DNA from: Cystobasidiomycetes sp. EMM_F5
Taxonomy: Eukaryota
Length of the DNA stretch: 64,000 nt
NCBI GenBank assembly: GCA_051047955.1
Contig: JBPGPT010000008.1
Location: 496,001 to 560,000 of the forward strand
Direction: 5' to 3'
A program made the position numbers and the translations under genes. How positions within the stretch are numbered: the stretch's first letter is position 1; the number at the start of each line of letters is the position of its first letter. The notes under the pieces are model-generated. The model was given only the letters and a program-made list of their open reading frames with translations, did no database searches and was not told where the DNA came from. Positions 54,746-64,000 of this stretch are shown piece after piece.

Positions 54746-56029
54746 TCAGCGCCGCTCATGGTATCCTCCTGTTCGATCGGGACCGTGACGGTAGTAAGCC
54801 TCTTCCCAAGCTAGGCGCTCGAGGTACCTCTGGTAGCGTCTTCGCCTGCGCCGCTCCTCATTTGTTTCTGAGCGACTGTAAACCGCCCTACGTCGCGTTC
54901 GTGCGTGATTGCGATAATTCTCACTGGAATCAATGTCGTCTCGATAGACATCGTCTGTGTAGCGATTCTCCCTCCGCGGTGGACCGGTATACGTTGCACG
55001 GCCACGATAATGCGAATTTCCCCTTTGCCTAACGTCGCCGCGAGAATGAGGTGAGTAATCTCTCTGCGATGGCACATACTCGTCACCCCAACCGTGTGCG
55101 ACCGGAGGCTGCGCTGAAGGTCGGCATCTCCTCCTCAGCGAGACCCAACGTGAGCAAACCGACATATGTGTACTCACTATGACGCGGATTTCTTAGCCCA
55201 GGCGAATGGTATCGCTGCTCATGATCGTAAACTAAGTCCGGTGAGCGTGCCCGACGGTGACGTCCACTCCGTTCGTAGCGTGATGAGAGCCTGGATCTTC
55301 CTGCGTTGTCAGCTGATTCGCCCACGCGTATGTCGCTTAGACGATCTACAGATCCGTCCCGTCCAGGAACAGTTTGTGTAGGTCCTGGGTGACGTGCACC
55401 ATGGCCTCGATTGTCCTCTCGTGTAGTCCGAGGCTGATGCCTCGCATTGTCAACGCTGTGCGGACGGCTGCCGCCTGTACGACCATGATCCGAGCGCGGA
55501 GGTGAGGCTCGTCGATCCGGTGGGTTCGAAAGGTCAATCATTAGTCGTCGAATTTCCGTCATGCAAGAGTCAACCTCGTGGTATAGCCGACGCTGAATAC
55601 TTTCGACCTGTCGCAAGATGTGATTCGTATGCGTTGGTCGAGTGTACCTAAGGCTACCGTCAGCAGAAGCCGATCTTGAAGCAGGCCTATTGCTGTTGGC
55701 AGGCGAGATACGCGGTGACGACCGCGGAGGAGGTGGTGAAGCGCTCGAGGACTTGTAACATTGTTCGGCTGTGGGTCCCCAGTCCAGGGTCTCTAGATTC
55801 ATTGGGTAATCACTAGGGTCGGTGCGTTCAGGCAGGTTTTCGTGCATGTAACGTCGGTGATCCTGTGTGTGCGAAAAGTTGTCACAAACATATTCACAAC
55901 CGGGGCCCTCGCATCTGTCGACTCGCATTATTCAGGCACGTAGTTTGAGTGCACTAAACAGGCTCACTTGAAGACTCTCTTGTAGTTGTAACCAGACACT
56001 ACATCTGGATTGTTTGTATGGGATAGCAT
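54746..56029 (-). CDS. Orphan C2H2 zinc-finger protein, paralog 2
   Basis: Exon 1 MLSHTNNPDVVSGYNYKRVFK; exon 2 CEGPGCEYVCDNFSHTQDHRRYMH; R-rich tail. Confidence 0.72.
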
Positions 56030-56788
56030 TGTTTGGCCAGGAAAGGTATACGGTAGTCACGCAGGGCGGTAATTTGGAGTATGCGGTATGCAGAAGGGCA
56101 CGCGAACGTGAAGGAGCTGATTGCTGATACTTACATTGCTTGCAACTGCATTGCTTTACACAGCCCACCTGTCGAATTGTCCAACGAGAGGACGCAGGCC
56201 TGTGGTGTCCCACTACCAAGTACCGATTGATGTGACGTGCATGTGACCTGAAGCCCTGTAGTGCACATCGATATCTGTGGTTGATTGCGATGGCCGTCTC
56301 CGCTATAGCTCCATGTGTACTTTGCGTGCCGACGACTTGGCTTTTGGAAGTCAGGGCCGACATTTCAGCAGCACTCGGCTCACATACAAACGTGAGTCAT
56401 AGCCATAGATGTATCCTCTATTGTCTGTTGCTTCAATCGAGAATCTGCAGCTCTCATGGACTGGAATCGTTATTACTGAATGTTTTGCCACAGACGCGGC
56501 TATGCATCAATTCGAGGTACGATCATACTACCGGAATAGTGGACGACTGGATGGTATTTAGCTTGTAGTGAGATTGTGACGGCCGCAGCGCGTCAACAAG
56601 ACAATGCAGAGATCAAGGACATGAGTCACGTTGCTATGCTGAGACTGTCGAAATGCTTCTGAAATGACTGACGAGAGCGTACGTGTGCTCGCGCTGCGGG
56701 ACCGCATTTGTCTAAATTTTGTCAGATTCTGGGTCATCATGAGAATTTTGGATGGCAGTCGTACTATCTCGCGACCCTCCCAATTTTG

Positions 56789-56823
56789 CCATCCCAATTT
56801 TGCGAGCATCTGATGTCCTATGT
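56789..56823 (-). other. Partial G-patch coding fragment resembling the adjacent SQS1-like gene
   Basis: IGHQMLAKLGW vs IGHQMLAKMGW at 58847-58879. Confidence 0.65.
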
Positions 56824-56933
56824 CTGTTGCACCGCAATATCGACGCATTAGCCTCTTTGCTTCATGACAGTATACCAAATCAACCTCGTCCGTCAGAGCC
56901 ATTGTCATTATAGTCATCCGCCTGGACCTTACG

Positions 56934-58065
56934 TCAACGATAGCGCCGATACTGTCGCCAAAGCTCCTCCTCGCTTCCACGACGACGCCCCAGCTGAGGA
57001 TCAGTGTATGTGTCACGCCATTCATAGTAGGGGCCTTGTTTCTGCCTGAAGACGTTAGGCTGAGATGGATGGTGTCTCTGCGGGGTGGCATATTCGTCGG
57101 CATACATGTTCCCGGGCGGAGCGCGTGCTATTGTCGGCAACATTCTATCAGTGAGTCATCAGCAAAGCTGTGAATTTGCGCACTCACCACGAGGCGAAAT
57201 TGATCGCTGAGGGGTATAATAATCATCCGCCGCATAGGTATACCAAGAAGGACTGTAGTGCTCATGATGTCGCTGCCCATGATGAGGTGAGTCTCGGCGC
57301 TGTCCAAAGGAGCGCGACGAGGGCCTACGCCCTCCTTCGTCATCAGCTGCTTCACCGAGATGTATGTCCCTCAATCGCTTCACAGATCTGTCAAATTGGG
57401 GAACAGCATGTGTAGTAGGTCGGCGGGAAGGACGACCACGCCTGTGGCTTTTCTCTCGTGCTGTTTGAGGCCTACGCCTGGCATTATCATCGCTGCGTGG
57501 ACGAGATGCTCGACCTACGCCTGTTCGCGAAGGCGACATACGTTGGCCCGTAGTATTTGAAATATCTACAAGTAATTGTCGAATTTCGGCCATGCAAACT
57601 TCAACCTCCTGGTAAAGCTGACGCTGAATATGTTCGACTCGTCGCAAGATGTGACTCGTATGCGTCGGTCGAGTATACCTCTTGCTGCCTTTGGCAGAAG
57701 CCGATCTTGGATCCCGCCTGTTCGCATTGGCAGGCGAGATTCGGGGTGACGGTCGCGGAGTAGGTCGTGAGACACTTTGAGTATTGTAGCATTGGTGACC
57801 TGTTGGCTCCCATCCAACAGACTCGATTCCGGATCGTAACTCCCACCATTCAGTCTGCCTCGGTAAATCAGAATGCATGTACGCCCGATGATTACTTGCA
57901 TGGTTGATATTGTCGCACTCAAATCTGCACCCTGTCGCATCGCACCTTGTCGATCAGTAGACTTCAGCTCCGTCCCTGCATGTGCTGAACGTTGACTGAC
58001 TTGTATACTCTTTTGAAGCCTGGATGGCCCTGTATAACGTCTGGCGTCAAAGTATGGCCGGGCAT
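56934..58065 (-). CDS. Orphan C2H2 zinc-finger protein, paralog 3
   Basis: Exon 1 MPGHTLTPDVIQGHPGFKRVYK; exon 2 CDATGCRFECDNINHASNHRAYMH; DNA similarity to paralog 2 (57641-57680 vs 55611-55650). Confidence 0.72.
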
Positions 58066-58696
58066 GCTGGCGACAGTGGGAGTCAAAAATGTGAAAGACA
58101 GTCACAGTAGTTGCAGTAAGGGGAGTGGGGTTGTGCTGCTGAACAAGTGAGTGGCAAATTACGCCAGTCAGATCCGTGGTTTCATCATTGCTCGACTGCC
58201 ACACAGCCACTGGGTCAAATTGTTCAACAGAACGCGCTGTATGTACAAAGTACACAACACTGCATACGGATGGAAATCAGTGGAAGGCTTGTCCTACGGT
58301 CCCGAGCTGCGGAGAGAGTATCGATCGTGCTACGGTCAACCAGGCAATAGATTAGATGCATACGGTAGATTCGTGGAATGTGCCTAAAATTGACATTGCC
58401 TCTTCTGCTCTGCTGAAGCAAGGCGTTCAGGCGAATAGGCCATAAGACCAGCATCGATGGAATGAGGATTAGGCCCTGATCGTCTCATGTTCGCGACGGC
58501 CTCTTAAGTGGCGTAAACATCGCGGGAGGAATAGTCTAGTCACTGCAGCTTGGTGCCCAATCGAACCAGGACGCTCAAAGCTCTGAGGATCAATGTACTT
58601 TATGTTGTGAAGATTTGCGAGGAGCCGATAGTAAGGCAGACTGATTGCCACTTTCGGTCACTTCGACGTGCCATCGGTACGCTACTCAGATTCATC

Positions 58697-61600
58697 CTAG
58701 GTGAGAAGGGCACTGTAGGTGTTCGTGTCCATCTGACCCTTATTGTATCTGATCCAGCCGGATCCTAGGCCAGCTCGAGACGTCTTGACGATTGCATGTA
58801 TAGGCTCGTTGATACCTCCCGAACGACCGATCTGCATACCTTGCGTCCATCCCATCTTTGCAAGCATCTGATGTCCGATATTGTCGGCAGCAATGCGGTC
58901 GGCCCCTTCGCCAACAACGGCACCTTCATGGTTGCGAGAGACAGGCCCTCCGCCACCACCACCTGAACGAGAGGTCCGCGAGAAGGCGACCGATTTGCTG
59001 CCGCCGCCGTTGGACCAGGAAGAAGTGATGGCCAGGTATTGATTGACCTTACGGCCGTCAGCTCTAGAGACGCTGGTTGTCTGGGTCCGGTATAACACGT
59101 TATGACGATCACGGCCGGTACCGCGTGATTTGCTCTTGAGACTGACACGCACCGTCAGTCACGAGCGCGGGCGGTTGTCACCGTGAACCTACTTGTACGC
59201 TCCTGCCAACATATGGACAGCCATACGGAATTTCTTATCCATCGGCGGAAGCTGATATTCGGCAAAGCCCGACTCATTGATCCATTTCTTCAGCTCTTCA
59301 TTGAGGCGATGAAAGTCTGGTGCTACTGCAGAAGCAGTCTTGAGACTCGCTTCCTCGTCGCTCACATCGCCACTTCGGAAACCCTTACGTTTGGCGCTCG
59401 CCCGTTTCGCTTTCTTTGCATTTGCTCGCGACGGCTTTTGCTCAAGGCGCTTCAACGCGCGCTCTTGTCGACGTGCTGCCTTCTTTTCGCGGTCTCGTCG
59501 CCATTGAGCCTGGAGTTGCTCGCCAAATATGTCATCCTTGAAATCCGGGGCTTGTCTTGCACGACGAGCTGGTTTCGACATGAGGAGCTCTTCCAGATCG
59601 GCTTCCTCGTCAGCTTCATCCTCCAGCCCTTCTTCCTCACTATCACTATCGTCTATGAGATTTGAGTCCTCAAGCTGGTCATCCTCCTCATCTCCCACAA
59701 CGATCATGACCTTCTCCTGCTTCGAGGAGGATATGACGTCGGCCACCTCGCTGGAATCCGTATCCTCATCGTCATTTACTTTACCACTCGGGTCATGCTG
59801 TTGATCATCATCGCCTTCGCTTGCGACGTCGTCTCCGCTGTGAAAGGCCTCGAGGAAACGCTTTCCGGCTTCGATAAGATCGGCTTCATTCATATCTTCA
59901 ATGTCGCTGCGGAAAATTGCATTACGCTCGTCTTCTTCGTCAGACTTCCAACTGGCAACGGCCGGCACAAATACGGGGAAGCGCTCCCGTCTGCCGTTTT
60001 CCTCCGTTTTCGCTTCGCGTAGAATCAGCCGTTCTTCGTAAGCCTCTTCATTCCCGATATCAGAATCCGAATCGTCAGTCGACTGATCTGACGTGATGTC
60101 GTCCTCGTCGTCTTGCCGCCTAGACGCTGCTAAATCTTGCAAGTCATTAATGCTCAGATGCTCGCCCGCCGACACCGCATTCGCAAATGAGCGAAGCCTG
60201 GCTAGGTCGTCCACGTCGATCTTCTTCGCTTTCGATGGCGCACCGCTTGCTTCGTCATCGGATGTGCTGGATGCGTTCTGTGCAGCAATATTGGCCAAGT
60301 AGTCCTCTACGGCCAAGTCGATGGCAGTTTTCTTCTTTCCCCTTGCCATCTTACCATTCGGTACTTTGCTTGATGACACTGACGATTCTGCAACGCCACT
60401 CGCAGCTATCCTCGAAATAACATTGGACACCTCGCTATCGCCTTCTTCGTCGTTATCTGCATTCGCTGGCGGTCCATCGCTTCCCCACTCAATGTCAGAG
60501 TCGTCGACACGAGCTTGCTTTCTTTCCTTATTCGAGGGTTGTGAGACTCCATTTCGTTTCGCACGCTTACGATTTCTTTTCGCTTCGCGCTTCAATTGCA
60601 ACTGAGCATTCTTGGACAATTTTTTCGATTTCTGGACATCGGTCTCGGCAATTGCTACAGCTCTAGGCGGAGATGTCGGTGCAAAGATCGGGGCAGCTGG
60701 ACTGAGCGTCTGTTGATATGGGCGGAAAATAGTGGTAATGTCAACATCGTCGTCAATCACTCGAGCGTAGTTTGTGACGGGCAGGTGATCCGGCGGCTTG
60801 TCTGTGTTTGCAGATTTGCCCTTGCCTTTATCCAAAGTGGTACCTAAACCGCTCTGTTGAGACTTGATGGGCGAAGGGACATCTCGTATCGGGCGGCGGG
60901 GAAACAAGTCTTCTGTCCCAGACTCCGCGTCAACATCGTCATTGTCGAGCATGGCTCTGTCGTCTGAGTCCGCCAATCTTGTGTTCGCCTTTGCGCCATT
61001 CACATCGACCACAAACAGACCCTTCTCCTCCTTCTTAGCAACTTCTGATATCTTTTTCGCAGATGTCGAGGGGATTGCGCTGGCAAGTGTGTTCAAAAAG
61101 CCGGTAGCTGCGAGGAAAGAAGGCTTGTCGAACGGTTTGGCAGCGGCTGAGAGTGCTCGAGATCCGCTTGATGCAGATTGATTGGAAGAGGTCTGGCTCA
61201 TTGGTGCACTGGAAACAGGTCCATTTGTCCCGGACGTTGTAGCTTCTTGCGGTGGCGGCATGACGATAGATTCGGCCATCGCGGGAGTCAACAAGCGTGG
61301 GGCCAGACTAGCCGAAGCGAAGAGCTCCTTCAGGCGCTGCTGAGCTCCTGCACATATTCACTTCGTCAGCTGCATTCACCTATAATTATGACGCAATATA
61401 ACACACTTTGCTGCTCGAGCTCGTCTGCCTGCATTGTACTGCTCAGTCCGCCAGAGGAGGCTTTGACGAAAGCGACGGGCTTGATGAGATTGGGGTCATG
61501 GCCGATATACTCGGGCCTGCGTGTGATTGGAGATTGTCCGCTGATGTTGCTGGAAGGATACGATTGCGGCGTTCCCAAGCGAGCAGCTCCCAATCCAGCA

Positions 61601-61929
61601 TGAAGGCGCGGGGCAGGATTAGCATACGAAGGAGATGGACGAGGCTTTGACGGCGACGATGTATTGGAAGGTTGGGGTATTCTTGCGATGGACGGGGTGT
61701 GAGGCCTAGTGCTTCCATTCGAATGCGAGCCATACAGCGGCATGACCGGGTCAGCCTTGCTGTTGACCTGACGGTCATAGTCGAGACTCATCGCCGTCAT
61801 ATCGGTCAATGGCGCCCGTCCCCGTCCTCGAAATGCTGGCTTGTCCGTGTGCCCACTGCCAAACGGTATGCGACTGCCGCCATTCTGCTGCGAGGAGCCC
61901 CGTCCATGGCCAGCTCCTCTGGACGGCAT
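58697..61929 (-). CDS. SQS1: Sqs1/Pfa1-like R3H and G-patch protein (Prp43 cofactor family)
   Basis: KPVAFVKA; acidic centre; R3H LPPMDKKFRMAVHMLAGAY|KLKSKSRGTG; G-patch NIGHQMLAKMGWTQGMQIG...GINEPIHAIVKTSRAGLG. Confidence 0.85.
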
Positions 61930-62143
61930 GGCTGGATTGTTAAGAGCTTGCGCAGGAATATGGCAGAGATCCAAAACGCAACCGAGCAACGAGGTCATTG
62001 AAGTATAGTGGCGTGCGAAGCCGGCGAATATGTTTAAATAGTCAAATAGAAGGCTACATTAATGTACTATGCTATTATATTGTACAAGAGCATCGGAGTT
62101 TGAAATCATTCCAAATCGATCCAAATCTTGGTCACAGCAGTCT

Positions 62144-63981
62144 TCAGCCACTTCGATAATACCAGACGGGCCCAACAGGCGACAACTCCTCGCGATTGAC
62201 ATCGCTCCATATTCCGTAGACGCCACGGCCGCCGACTTCGACACCGGCAGTGGACCACCTGTCCTCGCCTCCGTATCTAAGCGAAGATCGAGTCAGCCAA
62301 GGTTCAAGGCTAGGGAGTGGTCAAGCTACACGTACCGCACTATAAAATTCCAATAGCGACTTCCATCCTCAAGCATCTCGACCTTGCCGGTAAAAGTTGA
62401 GCCGTGCGGTCCTGTACTCTGACCCTTGAAGCGCAAAGGCGGGTAGGCCATGCCTTGATGCGCCTCTTCCTCTTCCTCTGTCTCGTCCACCAAGGATAAT
62501 CTCATAGAATTGACCCCTCCGACGGCCTCTGCGACATCAGCAAGACTTTGCAACGCCCCGCCCCGATTCAGTCTCCGCAACACTTCCGCGTCATCCTCTT
62601 CATCGTCCTCAGACGTGCTCTCTTCGCCATTCGGGACGAAATCTGAATCTTCCTCCTCGTCCGAAAGATCTTGGTGCGCTTCGGGTGAAGCTAGTGGACT
62701 TGCTTGATCCGAGGGACCAGCCTCGCTATTTACCGTTGATGACTCAGTATCTACGGTCTCTCCAGCTGGTAGGAACTCTTCCAGCGCATCTGTCACGATA
62801 TTCTGCATGGCTAGCAGATTATTTCGTCGATCCATGTGATTGTAGGCGAAAAAGTCGCTGTTTGTCAGAGGCGAAGAACTGTGAGACTTGGGTAATGTGT
62901 CGGGGTAGCGCGTTCAAAAACTCACGAATAATCGAGGAAAGCGTATATATAGCTCCACTCTCCTTCTACCGCCGCCCAATCCCGACCCGGGCCTGGCTGC
63001 TTCCAAAAGACTGCATGCTCGAAACCGTATGGCAACATTCTCATCTCATCTTCAGTGCCCCACTAGAGTATTGTTCAGCTTGAGTCAAAGTATTATACGC
63101 TGGCATTGTCTCACCTGCCGCCATGCGCTTTCGATATTCAAGGACATGACCATACTGATATTATCCAACATCTTGTAGTCCGGCAGCAATGTTGTTTTTC
63201 CATTTGAAGTCTTGGTCTGCATAAAGGGTCCCCATAGATTATCGTCTGAAAAGTTGGCAATCCTGTATATCTCAGAGCGATGTGCAAGTCCATCCGAATA
63301 TTTCAGTTTGCGAATGTGTGCTCGATTTAGTGCGGCCAATCGTAAGCGAGCAGCCTGTTGCGCGCAACACTTAGCCGCAGACTTGGACAGAGGTAGACAA
63401 GAGGATTGGCCGCCTGGAGGATCTAGAAGAATGCGTGGGTCCAGCCAGTCGGCGATGTTTGCCTTGGAGCTCAATAGTCGGCGTAGGAAGGTCACATTGT
63501 TTGAGTCGCGGGCATCATTCGATAGATTACTGGAGGTCAGAAGGATGTCTAGCAGGACGCTTGTTACTGCAGCGCGATTGGCTGCTTTAATCGAAGCGTG
63601 AGGGCTATTAACGATACCCCGCGCACGTATCCGGGATTTGACGAGTCGTGCATAGTCTGGCACTTCGCTTTGCATATCGAAGCACGTCCTTGTACTTCCC
63701 TTCAGTATATCCTGCTCGGGATGGGTAAACACCTTTTCGGTGTTCCATTCGTAGCCGCCTCGCCGGCAAGTATTGAGGTCATCGAACAGATTGTGGAAGA
63801 GCCGGCAGTAGAGAGTCGCATTAGTCGCGGGATCAACGTGCGCATGTAATGCTCTGCAGGTCTGAGAGAGTGCCGCAACGTCTACGGGATCGAGGCAGTA
63901 CATGATGCCCTGGACAATGTCGTCGATGCTGAAGAACATATCCCGAGTCTTGTCTGATGCTGGCCCCGCCATGGCTAGCAT
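62144..63981 (-). CDS. F-box protein (fungal type)
   Basis: F-box-like SIDDIVQGIMYCLDPVDVAALSQTCRALH; NLWGPF; C-terminal PPLRFKG...YGGEDRWS...GIWSDV...PVGPVWYY. Start may lie beyond the window. Confidence 0.72.
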
Positions 63982-64000
63982 CCTTCGTCTCTTGGTATCC

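Overview
Gene-dense, intron-rich eukaryotic DNA with short GT-AG introns and CTRAC/GCTAAC branch sites. It is a fungus, most likely a basidiomycete yeast; Pucciniomycotina is my inference. I can support about 27 protein-coding genes, in order: SLAC1/TDT (Mae1/Ssu1-like) transporter (partial), ferric reductase, BTB+CAP-Gly protein, a possible small orphan gene, a secreted Kre9/KNH-like protein, Num1/ApsA-like dynein anchor, White Collar-1, pyruvate dehydrogenase kinase, Yfl054-like aquaglyceroporin, divergent RPP2/RPS15, TPT-family transporter, DHA1 MFS transporter, Cys/Thr-rich secreted protein, RPN6, two tandem LURP-one-like genes, PNRC-motif protein, sugar O-acetyltransferase, head-to-head RAD52/RAD54, allantoinase, DBP2, three tandem orphan C2H2-finger genes, SQS1-like R3H/G-patch protein and an F-box protein. 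Most notable: an array of about 10 LC8-type QT motifs in Num1; the orphan zinc-finger triplet with a G-patch fragment resembling the neighbouring SQS1 gene; the RAD52-RAD54 divergent pair with MCB-like sites; a dense Yap1-element cluster; and a structured RPS15 intron. Exon boundaries were read by eye and no database searches were run. No rRNA, tRNA, CRISPR or transposon was seen.
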